From a virus (taxonomy: Duplodnaviria > Caudoviricetes), in the IMG/VR virus record IMGVR_UViG_3300028025_003274, positions 4,169 to 68,168 of that record: 64,000 bases of DNA; one strand, 5' to 3'. The first letter of the stretch is position 1. Every line of letters starts with the position of its first letter. Both the position numbers and the translations under genes were made by a program. This document shows positions 18,951 to 29,692 of the stretch, piece after piece. Under the pieces are notes generated by a model, which was given only the letters and a program-made list of their open reading frames with translations, was not told where the DNA came from and searched no databases.

Positions 18951-20069
18951 ATGGCAGAATCAAAAAACATCAAAGGTGCTGTAGCCAGCGCCTTAGGTAA
19001 GAGTACGTCTTTTAATTTAGAAAATTTTAAGAAGTCAAAGAATTTAACCGAGAACGGATCCTTTAAGAAACAAGAGTGGATCCCATTATCAGAAGCTTTT
19101 CAACAAGCAATTAGTTTACCAGGACTTCCTCATGGGCACGTTATTAATCTTCGTGGTCATAGCGATACTGGAAAAACCACAGCATTGATTGAAGCAGCGG
19201 TTAGTGTACAGAAAATGGGAAAACTACCAGTCTTTATCATCACTGAGATGAAGTGGGATTGGAGTCATGCTAAGATCATGGGATTTGAAGTAGAAACAAA
19301 AGTTAAAAATGTTACAGATAAAGTTACAGGAGAGGTAACCCAAGTAATATCTTATGAAGGTAATTTTATCTATATTGATAAGAGTAGTATAACTACCGTA
19401 GAAGATGTGGCTGAGTTTATTTTGGATTTGTTGGATGAACAAGCCAAAGGAGTGCTTCCTGTTGATTTAGTATTCCTTTGGGATTCTGTAGGATCCTTGC
19501 CATGTAAGCTATCCGTAGAATCTAATAAGAACAATAATGAGTGGAATGCAGGAGCAATGTCTCAACAGTTCGGCAACTTTATAAACCAAAGAATTGTCGG
19601 CTCTAGAAAAGATAGTTCTCAGTATACAAACACCCTTATTGCTGTAAATAAAGTTTGGGTGGAGAAACCATCTTCATATGGTGAAATGCCAAAGATAAAG
19701 AACAAGGGAGGAAATACAATGTTCTTTGATTCAACAATAGTAGTAACCTTTGGTAACTCTACTGGAGCAGGAACAAACAAGATCAAAGCCACTAAGAATG
19801 GTAAGGATGTTGAGTTTGCAAAGAGAACTAAGATCTCAGTAGACAAGAATCACATCAATGGTGTAACAACCACTGGTAAGATTATTGCAACTCCCCATGG
19901 ATTTATTATAGATGATAAGAAATACATTGACGCCTATAAGAAACAACATTCAGCAGAGTGGTTAAAGATTCTTGGAAGCGAAGACTTCGATGTAATAGAA
20001 GAAGTGGATAATGGAGATATGATAGATAATCATGGAGATGCTACCATTAACAATTTAGGGAATGAATAA
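18951..20069 (+). CDS. uvsX: RecA/UvsX-like recombinase
   Basis: Walker A GHSDTGKT, Walker B FLWDSVG, GGNTMFFDS. Confidence 0.85.
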   Translation: MAESKNIKGAVASALGKSTSFNLENFKKSKNLTENGSFKKQEWIPLSEAFQQAISLPGLPHGHVINLRGHSDTGKTTALIEAAVSVQKMGKLPVFIITEMKWDWSHAKIMGFEVETKVKNVTDKVTGEVTQVISYEGNFIYIDKSSITTVEDVAEFILDLLDEQAKGVLPVDLVFLWDSVGSLPCKLSVESNKNNNEWNAGAMSQQFGNFINQRIVGSRKDSSQYTNTLIAVNKVWVEKPSSYGEMPKIKNKGGNTMFFDSTIVVTFGNSTGAGTNKIKATKNGKDVEFAKRTKISVDKNHINGVTTTGKIIATPHGFIIDDKKYIDAYKKQHSAEWLKILGSEDFDVIEEVDNGDMIDNHGDATINNLGNE

Positions 20070-21099
20070 GGAGAGACTCCTTAATATATTCTCTAGACTT
20101 AAAAACGATGAGAAGCCTGCTAATCTACACTACAATAGTAAAGTGTTGATTATAGATGGGATGAATACATTCCTCAGAAGCTTCGCAGTAGTTAACCGAG
20201 TAAACCTAGCAGGTAATGACGTAGGTGGACTTATTGGATTTTTGAAATCACTTGGGCATGCAATAAAACTGTTATCCCCGACTCGTGTAGTAATCGTCTT
20301 TGATGGTGAAGGCGGGTCGGGCAACAGGAAGTATCTCTACAACCAATACAAAGGAAATAGGGATACCGGGAGAATTATGAATTATAAATCCTTCCAGACA
20401 AAAGGTGCAGAAGAAGATTCTAAATACAATCAGATAACCAGGCTGATAGACTATCTACAATTATTACCTGTGACCTTACTATCTTTTGATAAGCTTGAGG
20501 CAGATGATGTCATGGGGTATTTAACAGGAAGGATCTACAAAGAGTATGACGATTCCCAAGTGTACCTTATGTCTTCAGATAATGATTTTATGCAGCTGGT
20601 AAATGATAGAGTCAAAGTATATAGCCCAACAAAGAAAAAGATATATGGGGTTGAGAATGTGGTAGAAGATTTTGGTATACACCCGGATAACTTCTTATTG
20701 TATAAAGCCCTAGTAGGAGACACATCGGACAATATACCTGGAGTAAATGGATTAGGTGAAAAGAATGTAGTAAAGCTTTTTGAGTTTGTATCAAAGCCAG
20801 AAAGAAAAACATTACAGGACGTTTATCAGGTATGCCAAAACCCTCCTAAGAAGTCAGCACTATATGAAAGAATATTGAGTGTTAGTAAGCAAGTAGAGAT
20901 CTTCTACAAGATTATGAACATCATGGAACCTAATATATCTGAGGAAACGGTTGCAGAGATTATGAAAAAATATTATATTAAGGCTCCGGCTTTAAAGAAG
21001 TATGATTTCATGAAACTATACAATCACGATAAGATGGGAGATGCTATACCGCATTTAGATCTATGGATAAATTTATATTCCACATTGAACAATTATTAA
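20062..21099 (+). CDS. 5'-3' exonuclease / RNase H (FEN family)
   Basis: LIIDGMN, VFDG, YKGNR, EADD, SSDNDF, GDTSDNIPGVNGLG. Confidence 0.9.
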   Translation: MNKERLLNIFSRLKNDEKPANLHYNSKVLIIDGMNTFLRSFAVVNRVNLAGNDVGGLIGFLKSLGHAIKLLSPTRVVIVFDGEGGSGNRKYLYNQYKGNRDTGRIMNYKSFQTKGAEEDSKYNQITRLIDYLQLLPVTLLSFDKLEADDVMGYLTGRIYKEYDDSQVYLMSSDNDFMQLVNDRVKVYSPTKKKIYGVENVVEDFGIHPDNFLLYKALVGDTSDNIPGVNGLGEKNVVKLFEFVSKPERKTLQDVYQVCQNPPKKSALYERILSVSKQVEIFYKIMNIMEPNISEETVAEIMKKYYIKAPALKKYDFMKLYNHDKMGDAIPHLDLWINLYSTLNNY

Positions 21100-21106
21100 A
21101 TAAGTT

Positions 21107-22459
21107 ATGACGCAGCAAAGATTAACAAGTTATGGACATCAATTTCAAATAAAAGTTCTATACTCCTTACTAAACGATAAACAGTTCCTTCAAAACATAG
21201 CGGATGTAATCACAGCTGATTACTTTGAATCTCCTGCACACAAGTGGATCATTGGAATTATTCTTGATTATTATGGAAAGTATAATACTTTTCCTACTAT
21301 GGAAGTTCTCAAGATAGAACTTAAGAAGGAAAAGAATGAGGTACTTCAAATATCAATCAAGGAAGAACTTAAGCAGGCTTACACAGCAACACAGGATGAT
21401 ATTGATTACGTAAAAGAAGAGTTCTTCAACTTCTGTAAAAACCAGAAGCTAAAAGACGCATTACTATCATCAGTGGATCTGCTTACAAGCGGAGAGTTCG
21501 AAGGAATCAGAAAGATTATTGATGAGGCATTGAGGGCCGGTGCTACAAAGGAGATAGGACACGAGTACGATAAAGATATTGAATCCAGATTTAGAGAAGA
21601 AGAGGATAAAAAGATTCCATTCCCATGGAAAGTATTTAATGATATTACAGATGGAGGAATAGGAGGAAGCAATCTTATGCTTCTATTTGCACCTCCTGGT
21701 ATTGGTAAATCTACTGTGGTTTGTAATATTGCATCCCACTGTCTTAAGATGGGGTATAATGTAATCTATTACACTTTAGAGTTGGATGAAAGGTATGTAG
21801 GTAAAAAGATTGACTCTATTCTGACCGGAGTAGAAGTTAAGATGCTAAAGTTCCATCGTAAAGAAGTGGAAGCTGCTGTAAAGAATCTTAAAGGTAAGAT
21901 TGTTATCAAGGAGTATTCACCTGGCAGGGCTTCGCTAAGTACCATAGAATCTCATATAAAACAATTACAGTCCAATAATGACTTCATTCCAGATCTAATC
22001 ATCATAGACTACCCGGATCTATTAAAGCCTCGTAAATCTAGAAAAGAAAGCAAAGAAGAACTAGATGACATCTATACCGATCTAAAAGGGATGGCTAAAG
22101 ATCTCAAGATACCATTTGTTTGTCCTTCCCAGATTAATCGTATGGGAGCTAAGGATGAGATTATCGAGGGTGATAAAGTAGCCGGAAGTTTCCAAAAGAT
22201 GATGATTGCCGATTTAAGCGTGTCATTGTCTAGGCGCAGGAAGGATAAGATAAACGGTACCGGGAGGTTTCACATAATGAAATCCAGACTAGGACCGGAT
22301 GGACAAACTTATGCTGCTAAAATAGATTTGAATAAAGGGTTTATTGACATATCAGAAGATCTTTATGAGGAAGAGTCTGATAGTGAGGACGTTGGGTCCA
22401 AAGGAGATTTTAGTTCAGACGATATGTCTTTGCTAAAGAAAAAGTTCCTTAAATCATAA
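21107..22459 (+). CDS. dnaB: Replicative DnaB-like helicase
   Basis: Walker A APPGIGKS, YTLE, IIIDYPDL, SQINR, KSRLG. Confidence 0.9.
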   Translation: MTQQRLTSYGHQFQIKVLYSLLNDKQFLQNIADVITADYFESPAHKWIIGIILDYYGKYNTFPTMEVLKIELKKEKNEVLQISIKEELKQAYTATQDDIDYVKEEFFNFCKNQKLKDALLSSVDLLTSGEFEGIRKIIDEALRAGATKEIGHEYDKDIESRFREEEDKKIPFPWKVFNDITDGGIGGSNLMLLFAPPGIGKSTVVCNIASHCLKMGYNVIYYTLELDERYVGKKIDSILTGVEVKMLKFHRKEVEAAVKNLKGKIVIKEYSPGRASLSTIESHIKQLQSNNDFIPDLIIIDYPDLLKPRKSRKESKEELDDIYTDLKGMAKDLKIPFVCPSQINRMGAKDEIIEGDKVAGSFQKMMIADLSVSLSRRRKDKINGTGRFHIMKSRLGPDGQTYAAKIDLNKGFIDISEDLYEEESDSEDVGSKGDFSSDDMSLLKKKFLKS

Positions 22460-22567
22460 TCTCATAAGCATCAAAAAAGTAGCAAAAAAAAAGCTGAGCA
22501 AGTCAACTTTTTTTCCCTTTTGAGTGGGTATTTATTTTTACCTTTATAAAAATTTAAAACAAAAAAC

Positions 22568-24421
22568 ATGGAATTAGGATCGGAGATACTAAGTCAGATA
22601 ACTATTTTTTCTAAGTACGCCAAGTACATCCCTGAAGTAAAAAGAAGGGAGACATGGGAAGAAATAGTATCTAGGTATGAGGTTATGTTAATGCAGAAGT
22701 TCCCAAATCTAAAGAAAGAGATAATGGAGAACGCTGGTTATATTGTGGATAAGAAAGTACTCCCATCAATGAGAGCCCTTCAGTTTTCAGGTGTGGCCGC
22801 TGAAGTAAACAATGCACGTATATACAACTGTTGCTACCTTCCAATGGATAGCGTACATTGTTTTTCAGAGTCTATGTTTCTTTTGCTTGGTGGTACCGGA
22901 GTAGGATATTCCGTTCAGTTTCAACACGTAGAGAAGTTACCAGAGATTATAAAGCCAATAAAACAAAAAAGGTATTTAGTACAAGATAGTATTATTGGAT
23001 GGGCTGATGCTGTAAAAGTATTGATGAAGTCTTATTTTGGTAAAGGGGCTAAGCCTGTATTCGATTACAGAGATGTACGTCCTAAAGGAGCTAGACTCAT
23101 TACTGCAGGTGGAAAAGCACCTGGACCAGAGCCTCTTAAGATTTGCCTTACCCATATAGAAGCTATATTGGATCGTAAGCAAAATGGTGAGAAGCTGACT
23201 ACCTTAGAAGTTCACGATATCATGTGCCATATTGCTAACAGCGTATTGTCTGGTGGTATTAGAAGGGCTGCTATGATTGCATTGTTTAGCCATGATGATG
23301 AAGAAATGCTTACCTGTAAGTACGGTAATTGGTGGGAGCTGAACGAACAAAGGGGAAGGTCAAACAACTCCGCAGTATTAGAAAGAGGCCAGATTACAGA
23401 AGAACAGTTCAAAGCTTTGTGGAAGAAGATAGAGTTGAGTAACTCTGGAGAGCCTGGGTTCTATTGGACAAAGAATGCTGAGTGGGGAACTAACCCATGC
23501 TGCGAAATAGCCCTGCGTCCATATCAATTCTGTAACCTGTGTGAGGTGAACGTATCTGATATCAAAGATGAACAAGATCTATTCGATAGAGTGCGTGTAG
23601 CTGCGTTCTTTGGAACCTTACAAGCATCGTTCACTGATTTCCATTATCTACGTCCTATTTGGCAGAAGACTACTGAAAAGGATGCTTTGCTTGGAATAGG
23701 TATGACAGGCATCGGAAGTGGAGAGATTCTTAAATATGATCTTGAAAAAGCCGCTGAGATTGCAAAAGAAGTAAATGCGGAGTATGCAGATCTTATAGGA
23801 ATTAACAGAGCTGCCCGTGTAACTTGTATAAAACCTTCAGGAACAACATCTTGCGTATTGGGTACAGCTTCTGGAATACATGCATGGCATAACGATTATT
23901 ATCTCAGAACAGTGAGATTTAATAAGAGTGAGGACATTGCTAAGTATCTAATGGCAAACCATCCTGAGATGTGTGAGGACGATGTGTTGAGATCTCATGA
24001 TACTCTGTGTGCAAGGATCCCTATCAAAGCACCAGAAGGTTCAATAATGAGAAGCGAAACTCCAATAGAGTTATTGGAAAGGGTAAAGCACTTCTCAGTT
24101 AATTGGATTAAGAGTGGTCATAGAAATGGATACAACACCCACAACGTATCAGCTACTATATCTCTTAAAGAAGATGAATGGCTTCCAGTAGGAGAATGGA
24201 TGTGGAAAAACAGAGAACATTATAATGGGTTGTCAGTATTACCTTATTGGGGAGGTACTTATCAACAGGCTCCTTTTGAAGATATTACTAAAGAGGAGTA
24301 TGAAGAAAGAGTAAGCCGTCTTACTTCTATGGACTTAACTAGTATTGTAGAAGAAGATGATACTGTAAACTTTGGCCAAATAGCTGCCTGTGCCGGGGCT
24401 AACTGTAGCGTTGAACAGTAA
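22568..24421 (+). CDS. nrdJ: Class II (adenosylcobalamin) ribonucleotide reductase, monomeric type
   Basis: PSMR, NCC, RRAA, TNPCCEI, CNL, KPSGTTS, C-terminal CAGANC; no beta subunit nearby. Confidence 0.88.
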   Translation: MELGSEILSQITIFSKYAKYIPEVKRRETWEEIVSRYEVMLMQKFPNLKKEIMENAGYIVDKKVLPSMRALQFSGVAAEVNNARIYNCCYLPMDSVHCFSESMFLLLGGTGVGYSVQFQHVEKLPEIIKPIKQKRYLVQDSIIGWADAVKVLMKSYFGKGAKPVFDYRDVRPKGARLITAGGKAPGPEPLKICLTHIEAILDRKQNGEKLTTLEVHDIMCHIANSVLSGGIRRAAMIALFSHDDEEMLTCKYGNWWELNEQRGRSNNSAVLERGQITEEQFKALWKKIELSNSGEPGFYWTKNAEWGTNPCCEIALRPYQFCNLCEVNVSDIKDEQDLFDRVRVAAFFGTLQASFTDFHYLRPIWQKTTEKDALLGIGMTGIGSGEILKYDLEKAAEIAKEVNAEYADLIGINRAARVTCIKPSGTTSCVLGTASGIHAWHNDYYLRTVRFNKSEDIAKYLMANHPEMCEDDVLRSHDTLCARIPIKAPEGSIMRSETPIELLERVKHFSVNWIKSGHRNGYNTHNVSATISLKEDEWLPVGEWMWKNREHYNGLSVLPYWGGTYQQAPFEDITKEEYEERVSRLTSMDLTSIVEEDDTVNFGQIAACAGANCSVEQ

Positions 24422-24587
24422 ATTAAAAGAAGAGATAGATTATTATATAGATGAGCAGACTGGATACTTTGTATTCACTGCTCTCTATCTTTCCCAAAGA
24501 GGTAAGTGCTGTGGTAATAAATGTAAAGAATGCCCTTACGATCCTAAATGGGTAAAAGGAAATAATAATTTGATAGAACAGGAATAG
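24411..24587 (+). CDS. Small Cys-rich protein (DUF5522-like)
   Basis: RGKCCGNKCKECPY; start uncertain (TTG 24411 or GTG 24390). Confidence 0.6.
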   Translation: MNSKLKEEIDYYIDEQTGYFVFTALYLSQRGKCCGNKCKECPYDPKWVKGNNNLIEQE

Positions 24588-24599
24588 TTCTTATATTTG
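24569..24599 (+). promoter_or_regulatory. Bacteroidota-type sigma70 promoter
   Basis: TTTG (24569) - 19 nt - TATATTTG (24592). Confidence 0.6.
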
Positions 24600-24613
24600 T
24601 TAAAATAATAGTT

Positions 24614-24811
24614 ATGGTTGTATATGCTATATGTACCGGTATAAATCTTTTAGGAATGGGGTTCCTGTTTTATATTTACGAGCAGCAGAAGATTATAAAC
24701 ACAGAGTTTTTAAAAAATGCTATTCTACATAACGCAGTATTAGAAATGCTAAAAGAAAAAACAGATGAGCTAGAAAAGCTTATTAAAGATTTACAAACAG
24801 AAAAAAAATAA
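24614..24811 (+). CDS. Small membrane protein with coiled coil
   Basis: N-terminal hydrophobic helix. Confidence 0.55.
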   Translation: MVVYAICTGINLLGMGFLFYIYEQQKIINTEFLKNAILHNAVLEMLKEKTDELEKLIKDLQTEKK

Positions 24812-24821
24812 AGGTTATATT

Positions 24822-25136
24822 ATGCAATTTAAAGAGTATCAAGAGTTAGCAAAGACAACTGCCATATACCCAGAATCCGCCAGAATATTCTACCCATGCT
24901 TAGGACTAGCTGGAGAAGTTGGTGAAGTATGTGAGAAAGTAAAGAAGCACGTAAGAGATGGCAGACTGTTAGATAAAGAAGATCTTAAGAAGGAACTGGG
25001 AGATATACTATGGTATCTATCAGCAGTAGCAACTGATTTAGGAATTGATCTAGATGACGTAGCTGTTACTAATTACGAAAAGTTAAAATCTAGACAAGAG
25101 AGAAACGTTCTGCAGGGATCAGGAGACAATAGATAA
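24822..25136 (+). CDS. MazG-like nucleotide pyrophosphohydrolase
   Basis: LGLAGEVGEVCEKVKK...KELGDILWY. Confidence 0.88.
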   Translation: MQFKEYQELAKTTAIYPESARIFYPCLGLAGEVGEVCEKVKKHVRDGRLLDKEDLKKELGDILWYLSAVATDLGIDLDDVAVTNYEKLKSRQERNVLQGSGDNR

Positions 25137-25151
25137 TAAAAAATAAAGGTT

Positions 25152-27458
25152 ATGAGTGAGAAGAGATACGTCACGGTGGAAACACCGGATGCATTGAGGC
25201 AGATGGTCAAACACATTAGAGAGCATGACATTATTGCTTTCGATACAGAGACAACCAGTCTTAATGTCAGGAAGGGAAAAATAATAGGAATATCAGTATC
25301 AGGAGAAGTTGGAGTGGGATATTACATGCCAACCATGGTACTAAAAGAAGGAGAGTTAGTAGACGATACTATCTACGGAGAAAGTTGCCATGATCTAGCA
25401 AAGAAAGTAATAACTATCCTGTGCAGTAAAAAACTTATAGGACACAACTTATCATTTGACTCCAGATTTGTAAAAGAGTTTTACGGGATTGATATAGTAC
25501 CAGCTATATACGCAGATACGATGTTACTAGTACATACAGTAGCAGAGGAAGGTGCAGGAGAGGGTTTTGGTAGTTCTTTTGGTCTTAAAGACATTGCAAA
25601 GGCTATACAAGAACACATCGGTCTAGACATGGAGAAAGAGGCCAATGAAGAACAAGTAGAGCTTAAAGAGTCTATAAAAGCCAATGGTGGCACCACCACT
25701 AAAGAAAATTATGAGATATGGAAGGCAGACCTGCCTATCCTATCCAAGTACGCTTGTGCGGATACAGACCTTACCCTAAGAGTATATAACTACTACATAG
25801 AGAAACTTAAGTCAGAAGGACTAGAGAAGTTCTTTTTTGAAGATGAGGTGATGCCGTTATACAAGGAAGTTACTATTCCTATGGAGAGTAATGGTATGAA
25901 GCTTGACATGGATCTTATAGTACAATCTAGAGAAGAGATAATAAAAGACCTTGAGGACTACAAATTACTTGTAATCAAAACTCTTTTAAAAGATCCTAGA
26001 GTAAAAGAATGGGTTATAGACAAGGCACTAGAAAAATATCCTCCTACACATAAAGGAAGTTATGCACAGCAACTGATAACAGAATCAGGACATACTTTAC
26101 CGAAGTCTGAGAAGACTGGCAAGTATACGATGAATGCTGCGACACTAAAGACTTTAGAAGACGGTCCTATTAAGGAGTTCCTAACAACCGGCAACATGGA
26201 TGTACTTGATGCCGACCTAGCTGTAAAAGTTAGCATGAAGTTATGGAAAGAAAGCCAGGATGGAGATTTCTTTAATATTCAATCTAAAGATCACTTAGGC
26301 AGTATTGCATTCACAGCTTTAGGCATGGAACCTATATCTACTACGGATAAAGGAAAAGACAAGTTTGATGATGACTTCATTCAGTCTATTGCAGATAAAC
26401 ATGAGTGGGCTAAGAATCTTCGCATTTATAATAAACTGTTAAAGATAAAGTCTACTTACATGGACAGGTTCCTGGATAAACAGGAAGATGGGATGTATTA
26501 CTTTTACTACAAACAGCATGCTACTGTATCAGGTAGATATGGATCTGATGCACAGCAATTACCTAGGCCTAAAGAAGAAGGGGAAGAGGATCCTATTGTA
26601 CTTAAGTATAACAATATGATCCGTGCGTTCTTTGTTTGCAAACCGAGAACAGTGTTCATAGACTGCGACTACGAATCACTTGAACCTAAAGTATTCTCTC
26701 ACGTAGCTGATGATGAGGGATTAAAAGACATCTTCCGAAATGGGTGGGATTTCTATTCTACAATCGCTATTAAAACAGAAAAGCTAGATCAGTATTCCCC
26801 AGATAAGAAAGCTCCTAACTTTCTAAAAAAACATGCAAACCACATTAGGCAGAAGGCTAAAGCATATTCTTTAGGAATACCTTATGGAATGGGATCATAT
26901 GCTCTAGGTAAGAACATTGACGTATCCACTAAAGAAGCGCAGAAGCTTATTGATGGGTATCTTAATGGATTTCCTAATTTAAAGAAGTGGATGGAAGATT
27001 CTAAAGTGTTTGTAAAAGAACATGGGTATATAAAAACACAAGTGGGAAGAGTTAGACATTTGCCAAAAGTTTCATATCTTTACAAGAAGTTTGGAGATAG
27101 CTTATTAGATTGGGATTTTCAAAATAGACTTTCAGATCAACTGGGAAAAGAATTAGTATCTAATATGGCTAAAGATTATAAGAATGGGCTCAACAACTCT
27201 CTTAACGTACAGATACAAGGACTAGCTGCATCTATTGTAAATAGAGCTGCTATATCCATAAACAGGGAATTTAAAAAAGCTGGCATAAAGGGACAAGTGG
27301 TAGCACAGATTCATGACCAGTTAGTTATGGAAGTTGAAGAAGGAAGGTCTGAAGAGGCGGCAGCTATTGTTAAAGATAGGATGGAGAATACTACAAAATT
27401 GTCATTAGAGTTAGTAGCGCCTCCTGCTTTGGCACATAATTTGAAGGAAGGTCACTAA
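25152..27458 (+). CDS. polA: Family-A DNA polymerase with 3'-5' exonuclease
   Basis: ExoI FDTET, ExoII HNLSFD, ExoIII YACAD, motif A DYESLE, motif B RQKAKAYSLGIPYG, motif C QIHDQ. Confidence 0.93.
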   Translation: MSEKRYVTVETPDALRQMVKHIREHDIIAFDTETTSLNVRKGKIIGISVSGEVGVGYYMPTMVLKEGELVDDTIYGESCHDLAKKVITILCSKKLIGHNLSFDSRFVKEFYGIDIVPAIYADTMLLVHTVAEEGAGEGFGSSFGLKDIAKAIQEHIGLDMEKEANEEQVELKESIKANGGTTTKENYEIWKADLPILSKYACADTDLTLRVYNYYIEKLKSEGLEKFFFEDEVMPLYKEVTIPMESNGMKLDMDLIVQSREEIIKDLEDYKLLVIKTLLKDPRVKEWVIDKALEKYPPTHKGSYAQQLITESGHTLPKSEKTGKYTMNAATLKTLEDGPIKEFLTTGNMDVLDADLAVKVSMKLWKESQDGDFFNIQSKDHLGSIAFTALGMEPISTTDKGKDKFDDDFIQSIADKHEWAKNLRIYNKLLKIKSTYMDRFLDKQEDGMYYFYYKQHATVSGRYGSDAQQLPRPKEEGEEDPIVLKYNNMIRAFFVCKPRTVFIDCDYESLEPKVFSHVADDEGLKDIFRNGWDFYSTIAIKTEKLDQYSPDKKAPNFLKKHANHIRQKAKAYSLGIPYGMGSYALGKNIDVSTKEAQKLIDGYLNGFPNLKKWMEDSKVFVKEHGYIKTQVGRVRHLPKVSYLYKKFGDSLLDWDFQNRLSDQLGKELVSNMAKDYKNGLNNSLNVQIQGLAASIVNRAAISINREFKKAGIKGQVVAQIHDQLVMEVEEGRSEEAAAIVKDRMENTTKLSLELVAPPALAHNLKEGH

Positions 27459-27481
27459 ATAAAATAAAAAACAAATAAACA

Positions 27482-27778
27482 ATGAGTAAATTAATTGCGT
27501 TACACGACAAGGTCATCCTTAAAAAGATTGACTCAGAAGACAAAACAGTAGGTGGTATTATTGTACCAGACATGGGAGCTGAAAAATCAAACTACTTTGA
27601 AGTAGTTAGTGCAGGTCTAGGCATGTACGATACCAATAACGGTAAGTATTATCCTATGCATGTAGAAGTAGGAGATACAGTTATTGTACCAAAAGCAGTA
27701 GTAACACAAATCATTGTAGACGGTGATGAGTATTATGTATGCCGTGAAGTAGAAATTCTTTCAATTATTAAAGACTAA
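27482..27778 (+). CDS. groES: Co-chaperonin GroES
   Basis: LHDKVILK...TVGGIIVPD...VEVGDTV...EILSII. Confidence 0.88.
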   Translation: MSKLIALHDKVILKKIDSEDKTVGGIIVPDMGAEKSNYFEVVSAGLGMYDTNNGKYYPMHVEVGDTVIVPKAVVTQIIVDGDEYYVCREVEILSIIKD

Positions 27779-28029
27779 TGGATATAGTATATTCTATAAC
27801 AGAGTTTAAATGGGTTAAGAAAGATAATACTTTCTATGCTGAGGCAGATAACCTGCACCCTGATGGAGATTATAAGTGTACTTTTCCAAACGGTAGGAAA
27901 AAGTTTTATATAAAGAACCATAGGACAAAAGGATTTAGAAGATTTATACTAAACAAAGAATATGATAACGTCTTACAATTTACAAGCGAAGACGGTATAT
28001 TATGTAAAATACAAACAAAAACAAAATGA
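27778..28029 (+). CDS. Hypothetical protein between groES and groEL
   Basis: 83 aa, overlaps both neighbours. Confidence 0.55.
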   Translation: MDIVYSITEFKWVKKDNTFYAEADNLHPDGDYKCTFPNGRKKFYIKNHRTKGFRRFILNKEYDNVLQFTSEDGILCKIQTKTK

Positions 28030-29681
28030 TAAAGACAGAATTTGGAACAGACCTCAAAAAGAAACTCCTAGAGGGGGTTAACAAGATTAATGCAAGTGTA
28101 TCCTCTACACTGGGACCTGCAGGTAGGAATGTAATCATTAGAGGTGCTGACGGTACTATTAAGATTACTAAGGATGGTGTTACAGTAGCACAATCATTTA
28201 GTAAGCTTGAAGATCCTATTGAGGATATCGGAGCTCAAATGATTAAAAGCGTATCAGTAAGATCAGCAGATAAAGCTGGAGACGGTACAACAACTTCTAC
28301 ATTACTTGCGTCCGTAATGGTGAATGAAGGTATTAAAGCTATCACACAGGGATCTAACGCAGTAGAAGTAAAGAAAGGCATAGATAAAGCTGTATCAGCA
28401 GTAGTGGCCGGTTTAAAGTCTATCTCTAAGGATATCTCCTCAGAAGATCAGATTAAACAAGTAGCAACTATTTCTGCTAACAACGATACTGAGATTGGTA
28501 CATTAATCGCAACTGCTTTGGATAAAGTGGGTACTGATGGTATAGTAGCTATTGAAGAGTCAAAGTCTGGTGAGACTTCTTTAGAAGTAGTAGAAGGTAT
28601 GATGTTTGACAGAGGTTTCAAATCTCCATACTTTGTTACAGACAACTCCACAATGCAGGCTGTATTTGATAAGCCGTTGATCTTCTTGTACGATGGCAGA
28701 CTTACTAGCACTGCACAGGTGTTGCCATTGTTGCAAGCAGCTCACGCAGAAAGCCTTCCGCTACTTATCGTTGCTGAGGACATTGAGCATGAGGCACTGG
28801 CTATCTTGGTAGTTAACAAAGCAAACGCTACAATTAAAGTATGTGCTGTAAAGGCTCCTGACTTTGGTGATCGTAGGACTGCAATCTTAGAAGACATTGC
28901 AATCCTTACTGGTGGTACTGTTGTATCTCCTACTAAAGGTAATAAGATTGAAAAGATGAAGCCTGATGAGTTCAAGCCATTGTTCGGTAAAGCTCGTATG
29001 GTAAATGTATCATCTAAAGATACCACTATCATTGATGGTAAAGGATCAGTAGAAGGAATTGAGCAGAGGTTGAATGATATTAAAAAACAAATCGAGATTG
29101 CCAAATCTAACTTTGAAATTGAAAAACTCCAAGAGAGATTGTCAAAACTTACTGGCGGTGTTGCTATTATCAATGTTGGTGGTATGAGTGAGATTGAGAT
29201 GAAGGAGAAGAAGGACCGTGTAGACGATGCACTACACGCTACTAAAGCTGCCTTAGATCAAGGTATTGTTCCTGGTGGTGGTATGGCATTAATCAACTGT
29301 ATAGACTTGCTTAAAGAGGCTGTATTGAATTGTGATAACGATGATCAAGAACTGGGTGTACGTATTGTTACTAAAGCTTTGTATGCACCATTTAAAACCA
29401 TCCTTACCAATGCTGGTATTGAGAATGCATACGAGATCCTAAGCAATGTAAAGAGCGATGCTAACGGTGAAGAAGATAGCACATGGTACGGATATAATGC
29501 CAAGACTGGAGAGATTCAAAACTTCTTCACAGCAGGTATCTTAGATCCTACTAAAGTAACAAGGACTGCTATTGAGAATGCTGCCAGTGTAGCTGGAACT
29601 ATCCTCACCACAGAATCAGCAGTATACTTTACAGGAGATGAGAAGAAAGATGATATCGATTATAGTCAATTCATGCAATAA
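28026..29681 (+). CDS. groEL: Chaperonin GroEL
   Basis: [48 protein letters not shown]. Confidence 0.96.
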   Translation: MIKTEFGTDLKKKLLEGVNKINASVSSTLGPAGRNVIIRGADGTIKITKDGVTVAQSFSKLEDPIEDIGAQMIKSVSVRSADKAGDGTTTSTLLASVMVNEGIKAITQGSNAVEVKKGIDKAVSAVVAGLKSISKDISSEDQIKQVATISANNDTEIGTLIATALDKVGTDGIVAIEESKSGETSLEVVEGMMFDRGFKSPYFVTDNSTMQAVFDKPLIFLYDGRLTSTAQVLPLLQAAHAESLPLLIVAEDIEHEALAILVVNKANATIKVCAVKAPDFGDRRTAILEDIAILTGGTVVSPTKGNKIEKMKPDEFKPLFGKARMVNVSSKDTTIIDGKGSVEGIEQRLNDIKKQIEIAKSNFEIEKLQERLSKLTGGVAIINVGGMSEIEMKEKKDRVDDALHATKAALDQGIVPGGGMALINCIDLLKEAVLNCDNDDQELGVRIVTKALYAPFKTILTNAGIENAYEILSNVKSDANGEEDSTWYGYNAKTGEIQNFFTAGILDPTKVTRTAIENAASVAGTILTTESAVYFTGDEKKDDIDYSQFMQ

Positions 29682-29692
29682 AAATAAATAAT

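Noticed and set aside
22480-22513. A-run/T-run inverted repeat upstream of nrdJ as a cobalamin riboswitch or NrdR box
   Set aside because: Too short and low in complexity, with no B12-box; at most a weak terminator
22568-27458. Inteins or group I introns in RNR or PolA
   Set aside because: Both reading frames are continuous and of compact length with no splice motifs
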